In this document: piece by piece, positions 51,859-64,000 of the stretch
Layout of the letters: every line of letters begins with the position of its first letter
Position numbering within the stretch: position 1 is the stretch's first letter
Assembly: GCF_964204645.1 (NCBI RefSeq)
Contig: NC_134031.1
Coordinates: 18,731,910-18,795,909, forward strand
Direction: 5' to 3'
Length of the DNA stretch: 64,000 bases
Source: Tubulanus polymorphus
Lineage: Eukaryota; Animalia; Nemertea
Notes under the pieces: model-generated
What the model saw: the letters and a program-made list of their open reading frames with translations, nothing else
What the model was told of the DNA's origin: nothing
The model's database searches: none
Position numbers and translations under genes: made by a program

Positions 51859-52699
51859 GGAACTGTGGAACTGGGTCCTGAACTGTGGAACTGATACAGA
51901 ACTGCGGAACTGGGTCCTGAACTGCGGGATTCACAACAATGTTTTACATAAGGGACCAAAGGTTCCTAGAGTCAGAATTGAGAAAGAAAATGGAGGAACT
52001 GGGCAGCTATCACATCGGACTAAACTCTCGCATAATCAAGAGGCAGTCATCGAGTAGCAATTACTGAAGTAAAAGGAATACGACTGGCCTTTTGACAAAT
52101 GGAAATAGCATGTCAATAGTGATTAGACCTCAGCAGCAGCAGCAGCCGTGAGGGCTGTCACAATCATCAGATATCATTGCGTGATGCACCAATCATTTAC
52201 TTCATAGCCATAAAATTATCAATGATATCAACGTAAATATATCGAATGTTCGAAAATATCTCAAAAACTGACACGAAACTGATGAGATTCTGCTCAACTG
52301 TGAGAGGGAAGTTGTTAGAGGGAGAGGGTACAGGAAGCGAATGAGGGTAGAATGAGTGAGGAATGGATGAATAGAAGTTTATCGTAAAGTCCGGCGATGA
52401 TCACGTCTTCAATAAATCGATCATCGTCACACGCAGGTTATGAAGCTGTCAATTGACCATCCGTCAGTCAATTTACACACTGTCAAAAACCGTCAAATTT
52501 CATCAGTCAATTTCCCTGTTAACATCCTATCCGTCAATGTGCTAGAGATAATCTTCAGCCAATATCAAATCAGTCAATGTAAGTTATATCGAACTCATTG
52601 GGAAAGTCGACAGTTTTTTTCATAAAGCGAAACAATCATTTTTTCGAATGTTAGAACTAAAAGGAGTCAAACTTTCTTTAACCGAGAAACTGAATCCCG

Positions 52700-53069
52700 A
52701 ACTGTGGAACTGGATCCAGAACTGTGGAACTGATACAGAACTGTGGAACTGGGTCCTGAACTGTGGGATTGTGTCTAGAACTGTGGAACTGGGCCCTGAA
52801 CTGTGGAACTGGATCCAGAACTGTGGAACTGGGCCCTGAACTGTGGAACTGGATCCAGACAGAACTGTGGAACTGGATTCAGACAGAACTGTGGAACTGG
52901 TTCCTGAACTGTGGAACTGGACCCAGACAGAACTGTGAAACTGGATTCAGACAGAACTGTGGAACTGGTTCCTGAACTGTGGAACTGGACCCAGAAAGAA
53001 CTGTGGAACTGGTTCCTGAATTTTGGAATTGTGTCTAGAACTGTGGAACTGGGTGCTGAACTGTGGAAC
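52700..53069 (+). repeat. 20/24-bp minisatellite (MITE TIR + CWG); short copy at 51860-51930
   Basis: About 17 units of AACTGTGGAACTGGRYCCWG, some with an added ACAG. Confidence 0.9.
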
Positions 53070-56000
53070 AAGTGCCGCTCTGTAGGAATCAGAAGGAAGA
53101 AACTCGTTTTTTTTGGTCTTATTCATATCGTAAACAATACATTTTCTATCAGTGCTCCACACACACACAGAGTGCTATCAATAGAGTTGATTGAGACTTC
53201 AGAGTTCTTACTACTGAAAGGATTTACCTACGACCCACCTACAACAGTATCCCAGTGCGTAGGAGTTATCGAGTACTATCTATCGACCGTGTTTTAACAA
53301 CGTGAAGAGTTCCGGCCACGTTTAAATCGATATAAAAAACATATAGCAATAATCGAAGGGATAACGTCATTGCGACGCCCCCTCCCCTCATACACCCCCT
53401 CTTTTCCCCCCGGGCTCTCTCAAAGATATGATGAATGAAAAATTTTGTCGTTGCTTTCAAGATGGATTTTGAAAAGATGATATCTGTCGCCGACGCGTAA
53501 TCTGAGATAATACAAGAATATCCACTTTAAATACAACCGTTTTCATTGATCACAGTTCTAATTACGTAACTACAACTTCTCAGCTACTCAACAGCCTCGT
53601 AAAAATCATCTAAAACCATCTCGTTGTTCGAATAATGAAATAAGATGTATAGGGAAAAAGAGAGGGGAGTGCAAGGAGAGAACGAGGAGTGGGCGAGAGA
53701 AGTGAGACAGTGAGGAAAAAGACAGAGAGGCTAGAGAGAGGCGAAAGAGAAAGAGTGGAGAGCAGTGGAGAGATAGAAGAGCAGAGTGGATAGAGGGAAT
53801 AGACAGTGAGAGGGAGAGATGAGAGAAAGAGAATGAGAACAATGCGCAGGAAGGTAGAGATTAAAAAGAACAAAGATGGACGTATAATACGTATGATCTC
53901 CCCCCCCCCCGAATCATCATTCAACTGAACATTCCTTCATATTTCAACCTTGTCGTAATCATTTGACCAACTCAAAGGTTAAAATAACACTGTTTATCAG
54001 AAATACGTTTATTCATATGTCTTGAGAAATATCATCGCAACTGATCTTTCATAAATATATGAATAAAAACAACGTAGCTTTGAGTTCACAAATATAGCCT
54101 TGTGGGTCAATATATACACGAGAGAGGAAGAGAGAACGGAACTAGCGAGCAGCGGGTAAGACCTCTCGCAGATTGACAAACAATGTCGTGCCATGTTTGA
54201 ATATTAGCTCAGGATTTGTACATGTCATTGAGACACACACACACACACACACAACCATATGACTCATTACATAAGAGAACAAGACTCTAACAGTAAGAAG
54301 GGGGTGTGGTGGTGGTGCCGGTATTTATGAATTTATTACATAAAGTTCAATACAAACATGTGGCTTATTATGTAACAGCCCTGAATGGGGAAACAACAGC
54401 TGATCTCCAGGAGTTGAAGAACAATGATCCATATTGGAGCAATATATTTCATATCTCATTGAAGCTCCTGGGGCCATGTAGTGTATATCCATGGTTCAAG
54501 AAACAGAATAATTACTTCTAGCACTTGCTTATGATGACCTTTTAATCACACTAAGCTAAATTTCATTCTGGTCCAGTGACCGATTAGAATTAAATCTTTT
54601 GGTGCTAGCCATTTTCTAGATGCTGGATTGGACTATATTGTAGTTTAAGACAACAACCCCCAGTGCCCCACTCCATCCCTCTGTTTACAAAACTGGCATG
54701 AAATGCACTATAATATCTGAGCAAACTTAATTAATATCTGCAGCTAATTCCACGAACAACAGCTTCAGAGCATTCACAGGATTTCAAATATTGACTAACT
54801 GATCCAGAGCTTACTTACTATTGAGAGACCTATTGTTTACACTATGAGCCATATAGCTATTCAACAAATTTACTCTTCAGCTGGACATCATAGCATTTAC
54901 ACAGGTGCCGTCTACCATAGACCCTTGTCTTAAATATACCCAGGTATACCGTGATACTTATTATCGATCTTTACTCCTTTATAATGAATGAATTTTCATT
55001 TTCACACGCGTCACAATTATGCCAAGCGAACGTATGAAAAACATAGATCTCAACAAAGATACGTTTCCCGCCTCAACGACACAGTTAGACAAGATTACGT
55101 ATTTCTTCTGAGCAAATTATTATTGATCCAAATTTCAACTGTAAATACGACTCCGCAGTCGACTCTGGCGAGCAAGGATCCACCAGGTGTCGCTAGTGTG
55201 TATTAGGACACCTATTTCTTCTAAGGTCCAATTGCAATCTATCCTTAATTTCTCAAATTCTTTAAGGGGAGGCTAAAAATCTAGTATATATTCTAGTTAT
55301 TAGAAAATTAACTAAATTTTGATTAAATTGTCCCACTGTCACACGCGCCATCTGGTGGGATAGCTGATGTAGCACGGGCTCGTCGTTTTATGTACCATAA
55401 ACAGGAAGGACATTTCTGAAATGTTTTTGTCAGGTAATTTGTATATTTAGATTATTGGCAAATAAACGAACAGAGCTCGACTACAAAAGCATCAATAATT
55501 CATGAATCTCGAACTGAACCGGGGGTAACAAGAGACCCCTTCAACCCGTCACAACAAAAACCTCTCATATCAAATTCAAATTTTCATAAATCAACATTAG
55601 TCTAATGGAGACATTGTTTGTCCTTATGAATTGTATACAGGCAACAAAGACTGGGTTGTAATACAAGCTGAAATTTTTAAATACTATAAAAACGCTTTGA
55701 ATCCCTGCAGCTATATTGATGGGGACTCAGGATGGATGCTTTACCGATGGCGATGTAACTCAAACTGACATTCATGGCAGAAATATAGTGAGTGCAGGAT
55801 AGATTCAGGGCCCAGATACAGTCATCATTATAGTTCAAAGGTGGCTTTAAATCTAAGACCCGTAGAACTATAGATGATCAGACTGGTCTTAAATGAAAGC
55901 CCTCACTGTACTATACCTCAGTTAAAGTTAAAGATTGCTTCCGAACCAAAATGAACTTTTTTTCTAAGCCAAGACTGTGTCCAGGGCACGAGAGACAATT

Positions 56001-56345
56001 CATCATAACAATCAATGATTCTTGATAATGTAGTGGACCATGTAATGTAACAAAGAATTTTAGTGGTTCTGAAAATCTCTTCCTTATAACCAGATACCTA
56101 TATACATGTAATCAGAACTAATTCGGAAAAAAATCACCCACATTTTGGAACTGAGTCCAGGATCTGGTTGTGTCAACTGGAGGTTGAGCACACTTAAACC
56201 AATCAGCGCTTAAAACAACTGATTCGGATTTCGTAGGACTATTGTTGAAGTATTCTCAGCCTGTTTATAATCCAGTGATTATAATCTCTATAAGATCAAT
56301 GCTAATATTTGCTGTAAGAAGCCAATATTCGCTCAGTCGTGCGTC

Positions 56346-56620
<275 letters not shown>

Positions 56621-58288
56621 GTTACCTTGGTAATAGCTGGCGATAGTTGTTGATTGACCTAACACTGTCACATATACAATTAAATTCATATTCCATATTT
56701 CTACATAATCGATTGAATGTTACTTGATATGAAATCGACCCTGAACGCAACTGATGAAACCATTTCAGGACCATCAACACGAACTTGTTAACCTTACAAA
56801 ACCACGTGCCTAGAACTAAAACACTAAACTCAAACCCAGGGAAGCTAAAACTTCTAACGCCTATAAAACTGGCTCTTGGACTTTCTAACTAACCATGATT
56901 TCAACTACTCTTAATACATATGGATATAATCTAAGAAACAATGCTCTATGACAACCGATAACAATAGCTTAGAACGACAGACATAGCCTGAAGCTCATCA
57001 ACGGTTATAGCAGGTATGACTCACTGAGTACTGAGAGGGAGGGATATTATAGTGTGGAGATAAGGTAAGGTAAAGAGACGATACCGGAGTGAGATAGAGG
57101 AGGGAGAGAGCAGAGCAAAGGCAGATGGGCTGAGGGATTCAGAAGAGAACGTAAGGGAGAAAGAGAAAAAATTGGAGAAGGTAGATATGGAGAGATGAGA
57201 GAAGGGAGGGAGTTGAGGCAGTGTGAGGATATGAGAGGTAGGCGAAGAGAGGTGACACAGAGTAAGAACACCTGAGCATGATGCATTTGTTATGTAGAGT
57301 TGTATAGATTATTGGTGATGCAGTAGTTCACTATGGTGCGGTCTCCGCTACTCCACGCGTTCGCTCTCGGTGCGGTGTATCACGGTAAATTGATCATCGC
57401 GCACGTCTTGGCGACTGCGGTAAAGAGCGCTGTCGCGAGATCGGTGTCAGGTGAAGGAAATGCATGATTTATACAACGATAGAAAATGGCAAAGTCTGTC
57501 AATACAAGCGAATAGAAGTCAATAGATCAATGACCAGGTGAATGAACACAGAGGGTAGAGAGTAGAGACAGGCAGCAAAAATACCAGTCATTCTAGAGAA
57601 AAAACAGACATATCAGCTTCCTTTTATAGAGATGACAGAAAAACATGCTGGAATCAACGTGGAACAAAACTATGGAACTGGATCCACGGTCAGATTAAAC
57701 CCACACAACTGTGGAATGACAAATTAAACCCATACAATGGTGGAACTGTGTCCAGAGACAAATCAAACCTACACAACCTGTGAAACTGGGTCTACGCTCA
57801 CACAACTGTGTAGCACTGACTGCTGGCCCTAAACTGATTTGCTATACTCTACTCTCCCCTGAGAGTTAACTGCTATAAAAGCAGGGACAAAAGATAACCA
57901 ACATCTCTCAATGAGAAATACTGATTTTATCCAGGTATCCGGCAGTAACAACTTATCAGTTATCAGCGCCAGAAATCCTGTTTACAGCCCTTGATATTTT
58001 TATCTCTTTGCACAGAATAAACAGTGCTGCAAACAAGTGTAGTACTGGAGTACCTGTCACTGGGTACCGCAATCAAACTGTGCAATCGGTTCTTTTTTTA
58101 CAGGGACTCGTGATGTAATTATTTATGCGACTGTTAAACAAATGGAGGCGAAACAGAGATCTCCGGTTGTGACAGACAGCGGTCGTCACGCAACGACGTC
58201 CATAGCAACGTAACAAGACACACAGGATTATGGCAGGCAGCACCATTTCAGTCTCTCGGCAGGCGATAAAAATTAATAACTTCTCCAT

Positions 58289-58294
58289 AGCAGT

Positions 58295-58342
<48 letters not shown>
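58289..58342. repeat. (GCA)n microsatellite
   Basis: Direct reading. Confidence 0.95.
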
Positions 58343-58344
<2 letters not shown>

Positions 58345-58505
58345 TGTGAACATAAATTCCCTGTCCAACATTTACATTTATTAACATAAAAACCTCGTTT
58401 GAAACCTTTTCCAACTTTATATGATTACTGAGAAAAAATTGGTTTGAGTTGATGTAGGGTATAAAATACCTGTATACAGCGGAAGCTTGTTACAACAAAC
58501 TTCAG

Positions 58506-58613
58506 GACACAGTTCCACAGTTGTGAGTTAGAGTTAACTCCGAGTTAAAGTTAGTTCATTTTCAATGTTTTAACCCAGGGTCAAATCTAAACTCAGAACT
58601 GTGGAACTGGACC
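58506..58613. mobile_element. 108-bp Harbinger-like MITE (nested)
   Basis: Colinear with 36659-36766; flanks CAG / AAG. Confidence 0.75.
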
Positions 58614-58660
58614 AAGGAGACCAGAAAATCTGTAAACTTTCCAACTAGGTCAATCACCAT

Positions 58661-58810
58661 GGCTCGGTGGTCTAGCGGTTAGCATGTAGGGCTTGAGTGC
58701 AGGGGGCCTAGGGTCAAGTCCCGAAAAGGGTAAGGAAGAGGGCGAGAGAGTATAAGCATGGGGAGTTTACCCACCGAACTGTGGAACCCGCGCCCTGAAT
58801 ACAACCAATC
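58661..58810 (+). mobile_element. tRNA-derived SINE
   Basis: A-box TGGTCTAGCGG, degenerate B-box GGGTCAAGTCCC, CAACCAATC tail; flanked by CAATCACCATG / CAATCATTCATG. Confidence 0.6.
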
Positions 58811-61800
58811 ATTCATGTTTGTTATAACGAGGTTCCACTCTATTCAAATCAAGCATGGCAACGACCAGGAGTTTCCAAGTTTCATTTCGATTCAGACAAT
58901 AATTTCCCAACTCAATTTTTGTAGAAAAATAGATTACAATACAAACCGCAACGTTAAAAACCTATTACGACTCAACCTACGATTAAGACGCCAATTTTGG
59001 ATTTCATTAAGGACAAATTTACGAATAAAACCCAAATTTTCCGGTAGAATTAGATACAATACAAACCACAACATCAAAAACCTTTTACGACCAAACCTCA
59101 GATTAAAAGACGAAATCAGAAAACTTTTTTTCGAATAATGACGGACCATTTTTTTCGACGGTTCTTAATCATCCGATGACAAATCAGTCTTTTATATACA
59201 AACCACTCAGACCACTCCCGCGTACGCGCGAGTGGAGCCACTCACACGGCGAGGGGTCTCCCGGAAATCAGCCATTTATTAATAACAACAATAATATTTT
59301 TATATTCGCTACCGAGAAAAAGACGTTAATCTTCGAGATAAACGAACAAGAAACAACCGCGGAATAAACCGTGCTCTTTTTCCGGTCTTTTGTCGACGAT
59401 AAATTCGGGCGTTTAATACGGAATAGTTTTCACCCGTACAATAGACGAATAAATGCTGTTAATGAGGAAATCGTTTATTATCAGATAATTATCACAGAAC
59501 TCCGGGCTACGTATAATTATACATTATATATGTAGCTTACCAGTACATCAGTGATATAAACCCAGGTCTCTATATACATGTGTTTTTATTGAGAGTAATT
59601 AGTAACGCTTATTCCTCGCCCCTCCTCACATATTTCATATATAGGCGTCATTTACAGGAAAAACGTTTTCCTCAAATTGTTACCCAATAATAACAGTATT
59701 AAACACTGATTCTCTCCTTTCCTGGTTCAGGTGTTTTATGGTAGGTATCCAACTGATTGCAGCTAATTTTGACACCGCAACTGTGGAATTGAGTCAAATC
59801 AAATCCACACAACTGGGAAACTGGATCCAGATTCAAATTAAACCCACATAACTGTGGAAACTGGGTTCAGAGTCAAGTTAAACCTACAAAACTGCAGAGT
59901 CCAGGGAACATGACCATTATCGCTATATTCACAAAACTGTCAGGCTTCGTCTGAAGGTTTGAACTTGTGTATGAGTACATGTGGCAGACTTCAAGAACAA
60001 ATCAATGAATAGCCAATAGTCTTCAGCTCGAAGTCTTCAAGTTGAGGAGTCCTGCTGAGCGCGAACAACTAACTCAAAACCCGAGAAGGCTTTAAAAGGC
60101 AGAATAAGAGCAGGGTGAGAGCAGGCCCCTGTCAACTCTTTAACGGACAATAGTTCCCATTAATAAAAAAAAAATGTCGCGGATCTATAAATAGCAATCC
60201 TTACGTTTCGATCCCTCGAGCTACGGAAAATTATACTTGACAAGACACTGACTGTGTAGTTCACAGACAATGTCTGTCAGACAGCAGACGAGCGTCTCAT
60301 AACCAACTGTTTTGTATCTTGTTGTTACAGATGTCAACGAATCCTTACACAAAGGACGATAGTTCAGTTATTTTTTAGTAGACAAGTGCTGTATGACGGC
60401 ATATTGTGAGAGAGGGAGGAGGGAGGGAGCGAGGAGAGAGGGAGGGAAAGGGTGAGGGAGAGAAGGAGGAGAGGGACCCCACCCTAATCCATTGTATATG
60501 TATGTATGCACGTATACTAATCATAGACGCCGAAAACCGATATAAAAAAAAAACATCATAAATAGTTATTCACATATCTCATACTCAGACCGTCGGAATT
60601 CTATCGAACAAAGCTTCTGGAATACTTATAATATATGAGCAAAGATTAGACCGGAATAAATTCGTCACAAACGAATTACTCCGATCCGGAGTACGAGGCA
60701 TAAAAATGTCCTATACAACGCAGACAATATTGACACTATACACATCAGGGGGATAGAGACATAAAGGAATTGGTGGTTTTATCGCCCGACTGTCGATCGA
60801 TTCTAGTCGTCTCGGTGTTTACTTGATTTTTGGAATGTGGCCACTGTCATCGTTCATATACGAAGTACAAACATACAAAGATATATAACGTCTGTATATG
60901 AATATATGATATTATCGCGCACACGCTCTCGGCTTGCGGTAATCCAAAAGTCAAATCATTGAAAAACCCGACCTAAACCGGTTGTTAATTCTATTTGATC
61001 GGTTCGGTTTTATTGCCACGAAGCGAATTCCGAAGAAATGAAGAATTGATATTTAACCCTCTCAAGCTGAGATTTTGATCGGGGGGGGGGGGGGAATTGG
61101 GGGGGGGGGCGGCGGCGAAATCTGTATACATTATATATATAAGCACATACACAACAGTTCCATTAAGTCATTGAATGTCATGTTTTCAACTTGGATTTCA
61201 GGACATTGTTAACTGAAATTCTAATGTCTTCTGAATAAATAAATTTGTCTATGCGTTGGCTTTATTCCTATTCAGACGCCGATAGCTCTTGACCCACAAC
61301 TTCAATACATCCCGGCTCTCCTGCTATACCACTATACTCCACAATGACAACAAGACATAGACATTTCGGGAAAAAGTCCACGCTTGGCAGCGTGGCTGGT
61401 TGTTGTGGCTTGTTGTTGCCCGGGTGTAAACACAATTAAGAACAAACATACTTTTACCCACATGTTGGCTTATTCTAGTGAATGCATGTTGATTATATTT
61501 GGCCATCTCGAGTGTTTGTCCAGTTTTCTAAAAGATGCATAAGCTTGTGAGGTGACTTGAAACACCGAACACAGTTGGGCCTTCTGTCAACACATCAGCT
61601 TACGATCAGTCTCACTGGAGGGACCGATGCACTGGAGTCATTTCTACCATACCACAGCCCAGTTGACTGAAGTCCAAAAAGGGTCTTAAATCTAAAGCTT
61701 ACATTGACTTTATGGTCTAAGACTGGTCTGGAATCTAAGCGATGACCATGCAACCTTGGAGTAATCAGAGTAGATTACTCCAAGATGCAACTGACCTCAA

Positions 61801-63652
61801 AAACAGTCTGAACCTCGAAATATTCAAATCTGCTAGACTTTCATAATTGAGGGTATCTGTTACTGCAGTGTATACTGGCTACCGTAAAAATATTGATTAA
61901 ATATCATCCGTTATTTCAAAACGTAAATTTTCAACTAACTCGTAACAAAGGTTTAAAAATTCCGACAAAAATGTCATTGTTTCAGTAAATAATGACGGCA
62001 CACGACGCCGACAATAATTGAAATATCCAGCATCAGTTCATGTAACATTATTTCATTTATTCTAAAAAAATCCGATAAAACTCAAACTAACAATTGTCGA
62101 TTTACAAGAGCCTCTCGAAAACGGTGCATCCAACGAACAACGCCGACGCCTCGTCTCGCCGAGTGTCTCTTCATGAGAGGCAATTTATGAATATTTGCTA
62201 ATGAAATCATTTCGATGCTGGCGATAATTATATGTAAATTTGACTGCGAATCTCATCAGCAAAAACATTCGCATTCCTGAAACTGAGCCGTTGAATTTTT
62301 CGCAGCAGTTGTAGATTTTGTATTGTGCGTGAGATTTAACTACTACCGCAGTTATGATTAGTAATTGCAATGAAGACCCTCTCAAAAAAAGTTGTTTTTC
62401 TAATTCAGAAATTGTGATGAAAATATGGACTGAAATTTTTTTTTAATTCAAATTTATTTTTGCTGAATTCTCGGAGGTGGGTCCGTACTCAATAATTAAA
62501 AAAGGCCTAACATAGCATGTCGCTGTTCCCTATGATCTTCGACCAATCGAACCTGGATAACATTTATGAAGCTTGTATCGCGACGAATGTGGAGATCACT
62601 AAATAGTGGAAATTGACGGAAATTCATCATAATTAACGCGATAAATAGCATTTGTCCGAAACTGTCAGTTACTCCACGGTTGGTCCTCAGTAGATAGGTA
62701 CAGAAAGGAAAGCGTTCAGAACTCTTCCGCGTTCGCTCGTAATTTCATACAATTAAAATTACAATAGTACTTGAAAAAGATTATTCTTTATTGCCTGACA
62801 ACGCATATTCAGTAAATACGGCCGCGTTGACGTAGGTCCGGACGCCTTTTACAAACGCGCGCACGTTTACGAGATATAATTCCATTTTGACGGATGATGG
62901 AACCTCATAAGCGCGCGTAGTGACTAGAGACATGAGTTCAGAATCACACGTTATAACAATAAAACTGCACTGAACAGCCTCAACCGACACACGCTCTCAA
63001 CGCGCCCTCAACGCGCCCTCAACGCGGCCATCTTTCAATTCACTGATTATATGATTATTTATTAATCAGTTGATCTCTGCGTCGAACATCTATAAACTGC
63101 AGAGCTCAACGCCACGATCGCATGAGTGTTTTAGGCCCATGGAGAAACCAATGTGGAACTGGTTTCTGCCAAAATGTTTAAGATTCAACGAGCAACATCC
63201 AAACCTCATTGTCTAGAACAACATTTGCATTACATTTGTACCTTGAATAGAATTGTAATAGCAGAGACTGCAGTATCGAAATAAAGGGTTAATCATTATT
63301 TTTCGCGTCGCTAAAAATTGCGCGAATTGCTACAAAAAACCCGCAGCTTGTTCAATACTCGCGTCGCGGTAAAAAAGTGTAATAAACAGAAGGTGTAGTA
63401 GAGACTCACAGCATGTAGTCATCAATATCAGCATTGTCATTAAATACAGTGAGACTGTGATAACAATAGAGCAGGAGAGACAGTCACACAGTGTTCACGG
63501 GAAGATACTGTACCGATATCAAAATCTGAGTACCCCACAGTTTTACACAGGCCTGGCCAAACTTATGACATTTATCACTCAACTAGGAGTTAGTTGCAGC
63601 TAAGTACTGAGCACTCCAAGGTTAAATAGTGAATCCTTAGATTTAGCAGTTC

Positions 63653-64000
63653 AAGCTCATTTTGATTCAATCAATCTAACAACAACTTAAGTCCAGCCGA
63701 AGCTCATTTTGGTTCTATAACCAATCTAACAACTTAAGACCAGTCTAAGCTTATTTTGGTTCTATAACCAATCTAACAACTTAAGACCAGTCTAAGCTTA
63801 TTTTGGTTCTATAACCAATCTAACAACTTAAGACCAGTCTAAGCTTATTTTGGTTCTATAACCAATCTAACAACTTAAGACCAGTCTAAGCTTATTTTGG
63901 TTCTATAATCAATCTAACAACTTAAGACCAGTCTAAGCTTATTTTGGTTCTATAATCAATCTAACAACTTAAGACCAGTCTAAGCTTATTTTGGTTCTAT
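63653..64000. repeat. 47-bp minisatellite running off the window end
   Basis: AAGCTTATTTTGGTTCTATAACCAATCTAACAACTTAAGACCAGTCT, more than 7 copies. Confidence 0.95.

Larger units (their letters stand above)
58477..58840. mobile_element. pogo/Tc1-like MITE hosting two nested insertions
   Basis: TA|CAGCGGAAGCTTGTTACAACAAAC...GTTTGTTATAACGAGGTTCCACTC|TA. Confidence 0.7.

Noticed and set aside
52648-53297. ORFs with ELWNW/NCGTG repeats
   Set aside because: Translations of the TIR-derived satellite, open in several frames on both strands.
55711-55787. Exon-like segment on + (cag|...|gtgagt)
   Set aside because: No recognisable protein motif or partner exons; expected by chance.
58073-58414. Poly-Ala ORF with hydrophobic MVLPAIILCVLL as DDR signal exon
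   Set aside because: Arises from a (GCA)n repeat and has no convincing phase-1 donor.
62185-62385. Signal-peptide-like ORF on the minus strand
   Set aside because: Starts at TTG and no suitable splice donor was seen.

Overview
Eukaryotic, intron-rich, AT-rich animal DNA (invertebrate bilaterian; spiralian-like is my inference). Two convergent protein-coding genes are present. On + are three exons (4389-5735) of a TMEM47/VAB-9-like PMP22/claudin-family tetraspan; its first coding exon was not found. On - are 12 phase-consistent exons (45378 down to 14454) of a discoidin domain receptor tyrosine kinase (DDR1/2-like, about 925-950 aa); its signal-peptide exon was not found. Most ORFs in the supplied track are spurious. 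The rest is non-coding and holds many MITEs (Harbinger-like with CWG or TWA TSDs, piggyBac-like, hAT-like, pogo/Tc1-like), a tRNA-derived SINE, LINE remnants, and mini- and microsatellites. Most notable unannotated signals: (i) a minimal type I hammerhead ribozyme of the Penelope-associated kind at 51817-51858 (-); (ii) three minisatellite families traceable to pieces of local Harbinger-like MITEs; (iii) a 1.8-kb tandem duplication between the two genes' 3' ends with a 50-bp inverted templated insert at the junction, carrying modules of inverted Pol III B-boxes; (iv) about ten CTCF-consensus motifs, often in convergent pairs. No CRISPR or prokaryotic-type system is supported. All coordinates were counted by hand.
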